Shown here piece by piece: positions 17,161 through 30,759 of a stretch of DNA of 64,000 bases. Each line of letters opens with the position of its first letter. Position 1 is the first letter of the stretch. The stretch spans positions 44,544,001 to 44,608,000 of the forward strand of contig CP068257.2 in the NCBI GenBank assembly GCA_009914755.4, written 5' to 3'. This DNA comes from the human T2T-CHM13v2.0 reference genome, Homo sapiens. Both the position numbers and the translations under genes were made by a program. Below the pieces are notes generated by a model. It worked only from the letters and a program-made list of their open reading frames with translations. It was not told where the DNA came from and did no database searches.

Positions 17161-20100
17161 ATGGAAATAACCTTAAATATAAAAATTCTTAAAACCTTTT
17201 TTGTGGTGCTATTTACCTCAAGGGGAAGAAAAACTTTAATTTCAAACTGAGGGAGAATTCATTACATTGTGGTTCATCCGAATCGGCAATATTGCAGGGC
17301 CATTTTAAAGTACACCTAACAACACAGGGACAATCTTCTGTCATGTCAGACGGAAGGAGTGACCAGGAGTTGCACATAGAGAATTCTCACCACTGTTGGA
17401 AATCATCTGACAATCCACCACCAACAACTAGGGAGCGAGTGGGCAATCTGGGGGGGCCTGGCTGTCCTCCAGGGGACACCTCTCCAGTGGAGACACGGCG
17501 AGTGGCATCGTGGCCGTGCTGGAGGGACCAGGACAATCCCGAGGGAGACGAGATGGGGCAGCTGGGAGGGGAGGCAGAGGACTGCTGCTCCCACTGGCCC
17601 TTCGCGTCACTCACTTGTAAACCTGGGTGAGAAGACCTGGAGACCTCGCTCCCCAGCTGACGGGGACAGATGAGCCCTCCTGTGACGTGGGAACGATGCC
17701 GGCGCAGTGCCCTCCTCCTCCATCAGTGGGGTGTAGGGACCGTTCAGAGAGCGTTTGACAGTGTCTGTTTCAACATTTCAAATGCACACAGCCTTTGACC
17801 CGAGGACCCAGGTGTGGGATCCCCTACACAAAGCCACAGGGCGCCTGCGCAGGCCACCCACGGCGGCGGCGTCCACGGTCGCAGAGAACTGGGAACAGTG
17901 CTGCCTGCCTGGGGCCCCCACAGAAGGAGCCCAGTGTTCAAGTGTGCCGGGGAGATCTGCAGATAAGGACTGGTGGGGAATGCCGCGAAATGGATCGTTA
18001 AGGGGGAAAAGTCAAGTTGCGGAACAGCACAATCCCGTGTAGGTGGACCAAAAAGATACACAGACAGACACACAGATCTCCACTAAAGTTCCAGAGAAAA
18101 CCCAAGAGAACGTTGATTGTGGCTGCCTTTGCGGAGGGGGCCGGAGGCGTGGCCTGAGGCTTAAACGTTGCACCCTCCATGGCGTTTATAAGTTTACCAT
18201 GAGCACGTGTTGTTGAATCCGTAAGAAAAGCAGGTTTTTACTCATCCTGTTTTGAACACAGATGCTAATGAAGTCTTGGCAACATGCAGACATTGCTGGT
18301 GGTGGTTCCTTTGTTTATAAACTTCTCCTTTTTTGCAGAAGCTCAGTGCTGGTCTTCCCAACCCCAGTTCTGCTGAGGGCTGGTCCTGAATGCAGCGTCC
18401 CACAGCCCCAGGTACATTCCCAAGCACATGCTGAGGCCCAGAGCATTAAGGGTGCACCACACGCTGCCACTCAAGTGGCAGAGTTTAGAGGGTGGTCTTG
18501 TCCAGGCCCCTCCCCGCTGCCAGCCCGGGCCACACTGAGCCTGCCCCACACCCTGTGGCGGGGGCTCCAAGGCCCTCTGTGGAAGGCCTGCTGGCCTCAG
18601 GTTGAGGCTCCTCCCAAGACCCGTGTCCAGCAAGACCTGGGTTTGCCAAGATGACCCAAGGGCAGGGGCAGCAGCCGTGGTCATGGAGACCCCGCCCGGA
18701 CTCAGCCCCTGACAAGGGTCCCTCTGGGGACTGCACAGCCTGGGCAAGGGTTGAGGGTCTGCCCCTCTCCTGCCAGGGGAGGCACCAGCACTCTGTCCAG
18801 CCCTGAGGTCCGGCCCAGGGTGATTCCTTCCTGAGGAGGAGGACAGCAACGCAGCCCGGGGCACGCAGCCTGCGGCGGTCCACACACGCCAAACAGATTA
18901 AGGGCCCTTTTGCAGCCACAGTGCCCGGGCCTCACAAGTGCTGTGAACGGGACCCTGCACGTGGCCCAGCACCGTAAGCGCAGGTCTGCCCAGCAAACGC
19001 CCTGTGGTGAGCGTGGGGCTCAGTGGCCGCTGATGGAGACGCAGAACCTGGGGCCTCGCACAGCATGGCCCCCAGGCGCCAGGTTCCCCAGCCACACTGT
19101 CCCCGCACATCCTGGCGAGGTGCTCTCCTCCCAGCTCCCTGCGAGGAGCCCCTGCCTGTCACCAGAGACCAAAGGTGTGGGGACGATGCCATGGATTCCC
19201 CTCTTTGCTTCCAGACACGCTCGCTCTCAGGCTTGTCCATGGAGCTCCGAGCAGGGCCTGGGGCCTGGCTGCGGAGAGTGCCTCCTGCACACTGCGCCTG
19301 CTCAGAGTGCACATCTGAGGGTGGTGGCCAGCGTTTGAGAAGGACTCAGGAAGCAACCTCCCCCACCCCCAGCACAGGTGCTGGAGCGGCCCCTTGGTGA
19401 GTGGCAGAGCTGGCCTCCCGGGCATGGCTCGTGCTCGCAGACAGCAGTGTTCACGGGCACTGGCGAGGCTGCCTGCTCCATCGTCCAGGACCAGGCAGGC
19501 TGACCACGTCCTTTCCGGGCCCGGCCCGGTGGGAAGCTGAGGTTGGCCGTGGGAATCCCAGGCAGTGCTGGGTCAGGGACTCTGTCCTCTGCCCACCATC
19601 CCAACAAAAAGTCAAGGGTACATCTGTCAGCCCCACCCCAAATCACATGCAGGAACGGGTAATGTTTTTCCCAAACCTTTTAGAATAAAGCCTACTACTT
19701 TGCAGAAAGTGACCAAACCCTATATATATACTTTTTTCAGTAAAAAGCCACAGAAGGTCGGAGTCAATGCTATGTGGTGAGTGGATCATGGCTCCACACT
19801 CCCAGCCCCGCAGGGACAGGCGCCCACTTGTCCCTACCTGCTCCCCTGGCCGGTGGCTCTGAGGCCTCCCCAGGGTGGGACCTTCCCACCATGGGGCTGG
19901 CCTGGCTCTGGCCGGGGACATGAGTGGATGGGACACAGCACTCATGGGACTCGTGTGGCTGGTCTGACACCCCCCTCGCCCCTGACCCAGGAGAAGAGAC
20001 ACATGCAGCAGAGCAAACTGCCAGCCAGGACCAGCCTGGAAGAGCTGCCTGGGGCCCTGGAGGCCCACAAGCCTGCGCGCCACCTGCTCTACCCCTATGG

Positions 20101-20249
20101 GGACACTTCCATGACTGCAGCTGACCAGTCCACCTGCCAGCGGTTGACCACTCCCACTTCGCCAGCGACCGAAGGGGAGGGGAGGGGCCTCACCTGAGGG
20201 CAACAGCAGAACCCACCACCTGGTCTTGCTTTACTCAGACCTGAGGGTG

Positions 20250-20650
20250 TGAAAGGTGCCCGTGACCTCCCGCATCAGGGAGCTGGCCGCCACCCTCGAC
20301 TCCCGGGGAGCAGGCGTCCCGCGACCCCCTCATCTACCAGGCCATCTGAGCTGGGCGGCGCCTCACCTCCGCTCCCGGGGGAGCCGGCCTCAGGGTAGGC
20401 ATGCGCCCTGGGTGGGAGCAGGTCGTGGCCGCCGCCCTCCTGGCAGCTCTGGCTGAGCAGCCGCCGCAGCATCTGATTCTCCTTCAGGAGGCGCACCTGC
20501 TTCTTCAGGTCCGCGTTCTCGCTCAGGAGCCGGCTCATCAGCTCGCCGCCTTCAGCCATGGCGGGTGCGTCCCTCCTTGTCCCTCACGGCTCCTGCAGCC
20601 CCATGGAGGTGGGAGCCCAGAGCCCGCAGGCACCACAGAAACAGCCCAGG
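20250..20650. promoter_or_regulatory. SPATC1L: CpG island over the SPATC1L start-codon exon
   Basis: About 30 CpG dinucleotides in ~360 bp (cgcgaccccc, cggcggcgcc, gccgccgccc...); GC-rich. Confidence 0.5.
20367..20559 (-). CDS. SPATC1L: SPATC1L ATG-containing coding exon (aa 1-64, [64 protein letters not shown] + split G)
   Basis: ORF-track 20275..20559(-) begins with MAEGGEL. Donor gga g|GTGAGG at 20366-20365; continues in frame into the exon at 4480. Lies in a CpG-rich block. Confidence 0.8.
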
Positions 20651-21119
20651 CACGGAGTTCCGTAGCCACCACCGCCTTCCACGCCTTGTGATGTCACTGC
20701 CCTAGTGATGAGGTGCCCAGCACCCTGCCTGCCCCTGCGATGGCTCATGGCCCCGTTGAGGCAGTGAAGCTGGAGGCCCGTGGCGTGCACAGGCAGCCAC
20801 TCCCACATTATGACCAGGGCCCGAGAATGCCAAGGACATTAGGCAGCTACGGGATGTAGCGACTGTACTCCAAGAGGGGCGTCCAAGCCACTCCCCATTG
20901 AGCGGCCCAGCCAGGGTCGGGTGTCCACCCTGTGTGGTGTCCTCAAGCTGGGTGGGGACGCTGCCTTCACCCGAGTAACATGTGGGCTGCACTTCCCATA
21001 GGACCTGCCCAGGACACAGGGTTCCCAGTGCAGCTTCCTGTGGACCCTGGCACCCAGGGCAGCAACTGATGTGCAGGTGTTCATCAGGGTCCGTCCTTGG
21101 CACCCACACTTGAGGAGGG

Positions 21120-21740
21120 AGGGACTGGCAAGGGCAGTGGGAGGAGACCAGCATGTGGGGGAGACCAGCCTGGTGGGGAGACCAGCTTGTGGGGGAGACC
21201 AGTCTGCGGGGGAGACCAGCCTGGGGAGGAGACCAGCCTGCAGGGGAGACCAGCCTGCGGGGGAGACCAGCCTGGGCGGGGAGATCAGCCTGGGGGAGGA
21301 GACCAGCCTGGTGAGGAGACCAGCCTGGGGGAGGAGACCAGCCTTGTGGGGGAGACCAGCCTGCGGGGGAGACCAGCCTGGGCGGGGAGATCAGCCTGGG
21401 GGAGGAGACCAGCCTGGTGAGGAGACCAGCCTGGGGGAGGAGACCAGCTTGCGGGGGAGACCAGCCTGCGGGGGAGACCAGCCTGGGCGGGGAGATCAGC
21501 CTGGGGGAGGAGACCAGCCTGGTGAGGAGACCAGCCTGGGGGAGGAGACCAGCTTGCGGGGGAGACCAGCCTGCGGGGGAGACCAGCCTGGGCGGGGAGA
21601 TCAGCCTGGGGGAGGAGACCAGCCTGGTGAGGAGACCAGCCTGGGGGAGGAGACCAGCCTTGTGGGGGAGACCAGCCTGGGGGAGGAGACCAGTCTTGCG
21701 GGGGAGACCAGCCTAGGGTGGGGAGACCAGCCTGAGGCAG
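21120..21740. repeat. G-rich minisatellite, 15-bp sub-unit (GGGGGAGACCAGCCTGC) with ~120-bp higher-order periodicity
   Basis: Repeated GGGGGAGACCAGCCTG / GGGAGGAGACCAGCCTG strings. Lies 0.6-1.2 kb 5' of the SPATC1L ATG on the gene strand. Accounts for ORFs 21071..21811(+) and 21285..21968(-). Confidence 0.85.
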
Positions 21741-22189
21741 CCCCACGATGGCCCCCACATGCTTTGGAGCACTGGGTGGCCCTGAGGGCTGGGCTGGAGG
21801 CCACCTACTGACCTCACTCCCTGATGAGAAGGGTCCAGCAGTGCATGTCCACCCCTCAGACCACGAGCGCCCGTGTCTAAGACACCAATTGTTCCTGACT
21901 GCACTGCTCCTGCCTGCACGTAACTGAGGACGCCCCCAACCCATGGCCACGGCCCCTCGGGCCGTCACACAGGGCTGCGGCTCATGGGGCCCTGCTAGAG
22001 CAGGCGTCTGTCCTCAGTCAGTGCGACCGACTTGAAACCCACCCTGACTCCCTGCTTCAATTACTTGGGAAAGTAAATCACCTCAGTGTTGTTTCTTGGC
22101 TCCGAGGGTCTTGTTTTATCAGCAGCCGGGATGCAACAGATGGGTCATCTCATCCTCATGGGAAGGGACGTACGGCAGAAAGCACAACC

Positions 22190-23040
22190 CAGTGGGCCGG
22201 CCACACCTCCAGCCCTGTGACGGGCACCCACCACCACCAACCCAGTGGGCCGGCCACACCTCCAGCCCTGTGACGGGCACCCACCACCACCAACCCAGTG
22301 GGCCGGCCACACCTCCAGCCCTGTGACGGGCACCCACCACCACCAACCCAGTGGGCCAGCCACACCTCCAGCCCTGTGACGGGCACCCACCACCACCAAC
22401 CCAGTGGGCCGGCCACACCTCCAGCCCTGTGATGGGCACCCACCACCACCAACCCAGTGGGCCGGCCACACCTCCAGCCCTGTGACGGGCACCCACCACC
22501 ACCAACCCAGTGGGCCGGCCACACCTCCAGCCCTGTGACGGGCACCCACCACCACCAACCCAGTGGGCCGGCCACACCTCCAGCCCTGTGATGGGTACTC
22601 AGGACCACCACCAACCCAGTGGGCCGGCCACACCTCCAGCCCTGTGACGGGCACCCACCACCACCAACCCAGTGGGCCGGCCACACCTCCAGCCCTGTGA
22701 CGGGCACTCAGGACCACCAACAACCCAGTGGGCCGGCCACACCTCCAGCCCTGTGATGGGTACTCAGGACCACCAACAACCCAGTGGGCCGGCCACACCT
22801 CCAGCCCTGTGACGGGCACCCACCACCACCAACCCAGTGGGCCGGCCACACCTCCAGCCCTGTGACGGGCACCCACCACCACCAACCCAGTGGGCCGGCC
22901 ACACCTCCAGCCCTGTGACGGGCACCCACCACCACCAACCCAGTGGGCCGGCCACACCTCCAGCCCTGTGATGGGCACCCACCACCACCACCATCCCAGT
23001 GGGCCGGCCACACCTCCAGCCCTGTGACGGGCACTCAGGA
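22190..23040. repeat. 53-bp minisatellite x ~16 (CCCAGTGGGCCGGCCACACCTCCAGCCCTGTGACGGGCACCCACCACCACCAA)
   Basis: Period measured at 53 bp (22201, 22254, 22307). Accounts for the Trp-rich ORFs 22119..23090(-). Confidence 0.85.
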
Positions 23041-24126
23041 CCACCAAGGGCACTCAGGTGCAGATGCCCCTGGGAGAACACCACCTTCATTCAGCCCGGG
23101 CGGCCAGATTAGGGGAAGGTTGCTTCTAGGAGAGAAAGTCTTGAGTCAGGCTTTGTGGAGAAAGGAGGTTTCTACACCCCAAGCGTTCCTGACACAACCC
23201 AACCAGCCTGGTGTTGCACCACAGGGCTCACACCTCAGATCAAGACAACGGGGGCCCAGCCACAGCCCACTGACGAGGGCATGCAGGGCGTCCAGGATGC
23301 AGGGCAGAGAGAGAAGCGAGGGATGAGTCACGGATGCGCCCCCCGCTCTGAGCCCGACGGGGCCCTGAATGGCTTTTCCTGCCCTGGCTCCTCCCATCAT
23401 ATTTTAAATGCCGTCTTCCTCCCGCTCCAAGGAAACCTTCTCTTGACGTCAGGTACTCTCCAGCCACGGACCTATCAACATTCTGACAGTTTTCTGGTCT
23501 TGACACATTATCCTTTTAATATAGCGCTGGATTCAATTTATTAATATTTTAAGTATTTTTATGCTCACAGGGGAAGTCGATCTGAATCTCCTTTTCTTGT
23601 GATGTCTCGGTCTGGCTTTGGAACACTGGCCTTTTAAAATGAGCCGCAGAGATTCTGCGCCATTTTCTGGGTGTTCCTTCTTAAACGTCGGATAGAATTC
23701 ATCTGTGAAGCTATCTAGAACTAGATTTCTTCTGGAAAAGTTTTAAATTTCTAAATCAATTTCTTAAATAGATACAACGCTACTTATATTTTATATTTTT
23801 CCCTCATGTGCGTTTTGCTGACAATTGTGGCTGTCAGGTAGTTTGTTGATAATAGGGGAGGCTGTGCATTTGTTGGGGCAGCGAGTGGGGAAATCTCTCT
23901 ATCTTCCTCTCAATTTTGCTAAGAACCTAAAACTCCTCTTAAAAAAGTCTTGAAAAAGACAAAAGCACGAAGGAAACCAGAGAATATTTCAAGTTGAATG
24001 AGAATAAAAACATGACATTAGAATTTGTGGGGTGTAGTTAAAGCTTGATGCCCGTGCTCCACAACCACAGGAAATGGACAAACCCTACCAAAGTTATCAA
24101 AAGAGAAGGACACCCCATCTGTAGAA

Positions 24127-24586
<460 letters not shown>

Positions 24587-24734
24587 TGATGAATCTACAT
24601 GGACACATCGTCACCACCCAAAGCCCACAGTTTACAATGGGGCTCACTCTTGATGCTGCACATTCTCTGGCTTTGGACAAATGTATAATGACCTGTATCC
24701 ACCATCACAGTGTCAGGCCAGAGCAGTTTCGCTA

Positions 24735-24870
24735 CGCCTATAGTCCCAGCTACTCAGGAGGCTGAGGCAGGAGAATGGCGTGAACCCGGGAGGCAGAGCT
24801 TGCAGTGAGCCAAGATCGCGCCACTGCACTCCGGCCTGGGCGAAAGAGCGAGACTCCGTATCAAAAAAAA
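24735..24870 (+). mobile_element. Alu right-arm fragment
   Basis: ...GTCCCAGCTACTCAGGAGGCTGAGGCAGGAGAATGGCGTGAACCCGGGAGGCAGAGCTTGCAGTGAGCCAAGATCGCGCCACTGCACTCC... Confidence 0.8.
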
Positions 24871-25045
24871 AGAAAAGGCTGAAGACCTTAACAGACACCG
24901 CACCAAAGAAGATACACAGTTGTTAAATAAGCATATGAAAAGATGTTCCACATCATATGTCATCAGGGGAATGCAGATTAAAACTACCAATATACCTTTT
25001 AGAGTGGCCAAAATCCAGAACACTGCCACCACCAAATGCTGCTGA

Positions 25046-25410
<365 letters not shown>

Positions 25411-25477
25411 CCTTCAGCCCATTTTTTAACCAGGTTGTTTTATTGTTGGGTTTGAAGAGCTCTTTTGGATACTGATC

Positions 25478-25745
25478 CTTTGTCTTTTTCAAATATATTC
25501 TCCCAGTCTCTGACTTGTCTTTTCATTTTCTTGACATTCTTTGCAGAGCAGAAAGTTTCAGTTTCATTAATTATTTTATTGAGACAGGGTCTCACTTTGT
25601 CACGCAAGTTAAGAGCACAGCCGCGCAACCACAGTTCACTGTAGCCTCGGCCTCCCAGGCTCAAGCAATCCTCCCACCTCAGTGTTCCGAGTAGCTGGGA
25701 CAACGGGCACGCACCACCACACCTGCCTAATCTTCTGACTGTTTT
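25478..25745 (-). repeat. Right arm of the inverted duplication
   Basis: See the 24127-24392 arm; the arms are separated by ~1.09 kb containing Alu and L1 fragments. Confidence 0.75.
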
Positions 25746-27410
25746 GTACAGATGGGGTTTCACTGTTATCCAGGCTGGTCTCCAACTCCTGAGCCCAAGT
25801 GACCCTCCCACCTTGGCCCCTCAAAGTGCTGGGACTACAGGCATGAGCCAGAAATGTATTATTTTAATGAAGCCCAACCTATTAATGTTTTCTTTCGAGG
25901 ATCATGCCTTTGGTGTCATATCTAAAGAGTTACTGCCAAACCCAAGGTCACCTAGATTTCCTCCTATGTGATGTTCTAGGGGTTTTATAGTTTTGTTTTA
26001 CATTTAGGTCTCTGATTGATCTTGAGTATGTCTAGATGTGAAGGGTATGTCAAGGTTCATTTTTTTTTTTTACAAATGGAGTTTGTTTCAGCATTTGTTG
26101 AAGGCTGTCCTTTCTCCATTGAACTGCCTTTGCTCCTTTGCCACTGATTTTCAATTCAGTTTAACTCCACTGTGGTGGGGGAGGATGCTGTGTGCGACTT
26201 CCGTCCTTGCTAACATACTGAGACTCACCTGGTGAGCCAGCTGTGGTCTACCTTAGCACATGGGCCACGAGCTCTTGCAAAGCCGTGTGCTTCAGCAGTG
26301 TTAGGTGAAGCATCCTCTAAAGACCGCTCGCTTGTGTTGGCTGATGTTCAAATCTCTGTCCTTACAGATCTCATGTCTGTCAGTTACAAAGTACGGAAAG
26401 CACCCGTTAAAATTCTGTTTTTATCTCATTCTCTTCAATTCTGCCATTTTGCTTCATGTATTTTGAAGCTGTTATTTAGTGCATATACATTTGGGGTTGT
26501 TATGTCTTGATAAATCGATCTTATCATTATTGTCTCTTTACTCATTTCTGGTACCGTTCCTTGTCCTACCGTCTATGTTGATATTAAAAATATCAAGAGT
26601 CTGAAACTTTACATCATAGTGAACAAAGAAAACCTAATATGATGCCAGGGAAAAGATTTCAGGATGTTCAAAATCTGTTCCTGATAAAAATAATCTGAAT
26701 TCAAAAATCTTTCATGACTGATTTTTAATCACACTGAGGCAAATATCCCCCTCAGACAGAGGCTGCACCGGTACAGCTGCCATCTCCTCTTGGTGGTGTC
26801 CTTTGTCAAGAGCATGTCAGGGTGATGAGTCATCTGGGACAGGTCACCCTCCCAGCACCGAGAAGCCGACGGGGGAGGAACAGACTCCTCTGCATTGTGA
26901 TCCAATTGTGAACAAAAAGTCCTCTTCATGGAACAGGAAAAATACACTCCCTCTAAACAATGGATTGAACACAGATGTGATTTCTAAAGAAGACTGAAGG
27001 CAGGGATACTGACACTGAAGTCCTGCCTGTGTAATAACACCGAAGAGGGCAGGGAATCGCTGCGTCCTGTGACTTGAAGGCCACTGTGAAGGAAAACAAT
27101 GCAGTGAAAGAAAGTTCCTCCTATGTGGACATTGTATCACGTTTATTTATCTTCCTGGATATGCTTATGGCCTTTAAAACATATTAAAATAGGCTATGCT
27201 ATTATCTCTTAAAATATCTGTTTTACCTCAGGTAACTGGAGACGCACCCTGCTACTCCTCACGTCACTCTTGTTCCCTAAACCAGGCTGGGCCTCCCACT
27301 CGCCCCACAGGCAGGTGACGTATGACAGCCAGAAACCCCAAATCTGCAGTTCTCCCCAGGATGAAACGAAACACAGTGTGACAGGCTTCTGATAAGGGAA
27401 TCAATGTCTG

Positions 27411-27416
27411 TTTATT
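27411..27416 (-). terminator. LSS: Candidate LSS polyadenylation signal AATAAA (alternative at 27143-27148)
   Basis: TTTATT on the plus strand ~1.95 kb downstream of the LSS stop codon. Eukaryotic polyA signal, not a prokaryotic terminator. Confidence 0.35.
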
Positions 27417-28589
27417 AAGGCAGATGCTCATAAAAGTGACTTTCAGTAACATTTTCAGTATAAAAATGGATTTACATTTCATTTCTGGAAAACCGTTTTG
27501 TACAGTCTGACCATGGCTAGGAGTCCCAGGGACAGCAGCCTCTGCTCAGGGCAGACTCTGTGATTCACTGTCTGTCCTGCTGCTACCCCACGTGGGGGAG
27601 AACACGTGGGCTGAGAAAAAAAAACAGCATGTGCAAACCTGACAGATGTCAAGGGTCCCAACACAGTTCCTTCAGCGAAAATAAAGCCCAGTTTTAAGAT
27701 GTGCAGGGAAGTGTTGACACTGAACAGGCAGCTGACCAAGCCCTGCAGGGCTCTGAGCAGGCAGGCGAGTCCCAAGGAGAGTCAGTGACAGCACATGGGG
27801 CAAGGGAGCTGGACAGAAGACCCCAGAGGGTGCGGCACCTGGGTGAGAGCCCTGGACCGCACACCAAGGCAGAGGGGTGCCCCTGAAGGACTCTGGGCAG
27901 GCAATGACAGGATCTGAGGGTGTCCAGACGCAGATCTCCACTGCCTGAGGGAGAGTGATCAGCCAGGGGGAGAGGCCAGGGACTGCTACCTGCCCAGAAG
28001 GCGGCAGGGAGGGGAAGAGCAGATGAGGAGGTATAGGGTGTGCCCTGGGCAAGGCAGCAGGGGTAACGAAGCTCTCAGTGACTCCTCCCAGTAGCCAGGG
28101 GAGAGCAGTGACAGTCTCAGGTGGCCCTGAGCATGTGAGCTGCTCATCCACATCAGGCAAAGGCAAAGCCAGGACCTGAACTTCCCACCCCAAGCCCTAC
28201 ATCCATGCAAGCCAGACCAGACTGGGTCAGAGGCTAGAAGGGAGCTCACAGGATTGCCTGGGGAAGCCTCGGCCCAAAACCTGGCCCTCGCTCCAGCCCA
28301 GAGCACCCACCTGGGCATGAGACTGGCGGCAGCCGTAGGGGTGCCCTGGGTATATGCCGGGCTCCCAGGGTGCCATACCTGCCAGCCAGCCCAGGGAGTG
28401 GTGATGGGCTGGGCGCTGGCTGTCCCTGCACATAGCAGTGCCCCGCGGCAGTAACTACAACTGCTGCCTGCCCCTCACCCCTGGTTATGCTCGGCCTCCC
28501 CTGTGCATTTCTGTGTCCGTAAGTGTCCCCTGTGCATTTCTGTGTCCACAAGACTACTATAAACCCTGTAGACACCTCACAAACAGCAT

Positions 28590-28850
28590 TCCACGCAGGT
28601 GGGTTCATGTCCCAGGGGCATGGGGCTCCCTGCTGCACAGACTTGGGATGTTCCATGACAGACCCTGCATATGCAGGCGAGCTCACAACCCAGGGGTATG
28701 CGGCTCCATGACACCACCCCATACTCAGGCGAGCTCACGACCCAGGGGCATGAGGCTCCATGACACCACCCCATACGCAGGCAAGCTCACGACCCAGGGG
28801 CATGGGGCTCCCTGCTGCACGGCCTCAGGATGCTCCATGAGCAACCCCCG
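28590..28850. repeat. ~57-bp tandem repeat x ~4 within the presumed LSS 3'UTR (GCTCCATGACACCACCCCATACTCAGGCGAGCTCACGACCCAGGGGCATGAG)
   Basis: Direct repeats visible at 28680-28800. Confidence 0.7.
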
Positions 28851-29365
28851 CACTGGGCTATTCACGGATGCACACTACCTGCCATTGTCACAGGGTTGCC
28901 CTCGTGTCCCTCAGCCCAGCAGACAAAAGGTGCAGGAGAAGCCTGCCCAGGGCCGACCCCAGCCCAGAGCCCACTCGACACTAAGGAATCACACAGGCAC
29001 AGCTGCTCCTCTCCCAAGAACTCAGCTATTGGTCAGAAAAAACCTCCTAGCCTCACTACCTTGAGGCCGTGCCCAGAGGTGGCAGAAGGCGCTGTGCCTC
29101 CTCAGGGGTCACGGCTCCTGTGCCCCCTTCCTCACCCAAGCCCGACAAGCTACTTTCAGAAATGAACCTACAGTAAAAATCAAGAGTCTAAGCCACCCAC
29201 CCTGTCCCCATCCCTGCCTCCAGCCTGGCCCCCAGATTCACATCTATGAGATAGAGGTTGAGGGGTTGGAGCCCAAGACAGGGTTATGGGAGGGCTCCCC
29301 AACCCGGCCAGGACCCCTTGGCCTCACTGGAACGCACAGACGGCACCCAGCAGGTAGGCATGTTC

Positions 29366-29497
<132 letters not shown>

Positions 29498-30142
29498 CTA
29501 AAAGAACACAGAGAAATAAACACAAAGGCTTCACCAGTCAGCTGAGGGCTAGTCCCTGAACTGGAGCCCTGGCTGTTGGCTTGGCTGGCTTGTGGGTGAG
29601 TCAGCCTGGAAAGGGCTAATTAAGCAAGAGCATAGGAAAGCAAGTAGTCCATCCCGCGTCAGTCATGGCACCATCAGCCCAGCTCAGACTCCCCGCCCTG
29701 CAGCAGACCCTAAGCCAGGGTCACCAGCCCCTCACAACCACATCAGCTTCCACCAACTCAGCCTCATCCCAGGGGAGGGCGGTTGGCCTCACATGACCTC
29801 ATGACACCCACACCACAGGGACTTCTGGCTCAGTGAGGGGCCACTAGGTCATCTGGAGTGGGAGGGTCTGTCCTGCAGCAAAAAGGCTTCCCGCCCACTG
29901 GCTTCTCCCATCCAGCTCCTCCCCCACCCAGAGCATCACTTGAAACAACAGCAAGATCTGGACTTTAGGACCCGACCACCTGCCACAGACCTGCCACCAA
30001 CTGTGGCATTCACTGGCAGAGGTGACGCCTCCCAAGTGTCCAAAGTACCCCAAAAAGGACACAGAGCAGGGGGACGTGGAAACAGCCATGCACGCTGGAG
30101 GTCAGTGCTGGGCCTTGTGCGCTCAGGTCCCTGGCGGCATAC

Positions 30143-30221
30143 CTGCGGCCAGTCGCCATTGGGGAGCTGTTTCTCAAGTAGACACCGGACTCCTCTCTCC
30201 TGGGCCTCGATGTCAGGATGC
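30143..30221 (-). CDS. LSS: LSS coding exon (aa 663-689, (R)[26 protein letters not shown]), 79 bp, phase 2 start
   Basis: Acceptor ccaccAG|g cat cct; donor cag|GTATGC; frame continues into the next exon GAA AAC. Confidence 0.9.
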
Positions 30222-30759
30222 CTGGTGGAAGAGAAGGCTGAAACACACCCAGCATGCATGCCCCCACAGCATCATCCTCACCCTCACACAGCCGAGCATA
30301 AGGGCAAACCCTGGAATGCTGCAGTGAGAATGGATGGGTCTAAACTGACGCCCACAGGCCCCGCCAGGTGCAGCCAGCGCCTCGGGCTCTTGCCACACCT
30401 TCTTCCTAGGCTCCCTGAGAAGCGGAGCCACAGCAATGACAGGCTGGGGACACAGGCCTCCTCAGGCCTGCCCTGGTGTTCCCCCCTGAAGAGGACGCCA
30501 AGCCTTGTTCCCACCTGGCCCACTGGTCCTCATGGGCCTCTGGAGACCCACAGGAGCTCACACTTGCTTGCTGGCCAGGATAAGACACCAAGAAGGATCC
30601 AGGGCTCAGCGGGCCCAGCTCAACTGTGGGTCCCTGACTGTCCTGCCCTCAGGGGTCCCCCAGACCCTGCTGCTCCTGCTCAAGCAGACCTGCCCTAGCT
30701 TTTAGGGTTTTAGGAAGATTCCCCAAATGGCCACAAACCTAATAGGGCAGCACAGACGG

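Larger units (their letters stand above)
27130..29365 (-). other. LSS: LSS 3'UTR; lower bound uncertain, cleavage site at ~27125 or ~27390
   Basis: Sequence downstream of stop 29368-29366. Candidate minus-strand AATAAA signals at 27416-27411 and 27148-27143. Inferred from recalled mRNA length (~2 kb 3'UTR), not directly observed. Confidence 0.4.

Noticed and set aside
18343-19646. Multiple overlapping 120-180-aa ORFs in the GC-rich block upstream of the SPATC1L ATG exon
   Set aside because: Overlapping ORFs in all frames are typical of GC-rich human DNA. No splice-consistent structure or recognisable protein.
21071-23090. 'Collagen-like' G-rich ORF (246 aa) and Trp-rich ORFs (up to 302 aa)
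   Set aside because: Derived from the 15-bp and 53-bp minisatellites; stop-free only because of repeat composition.
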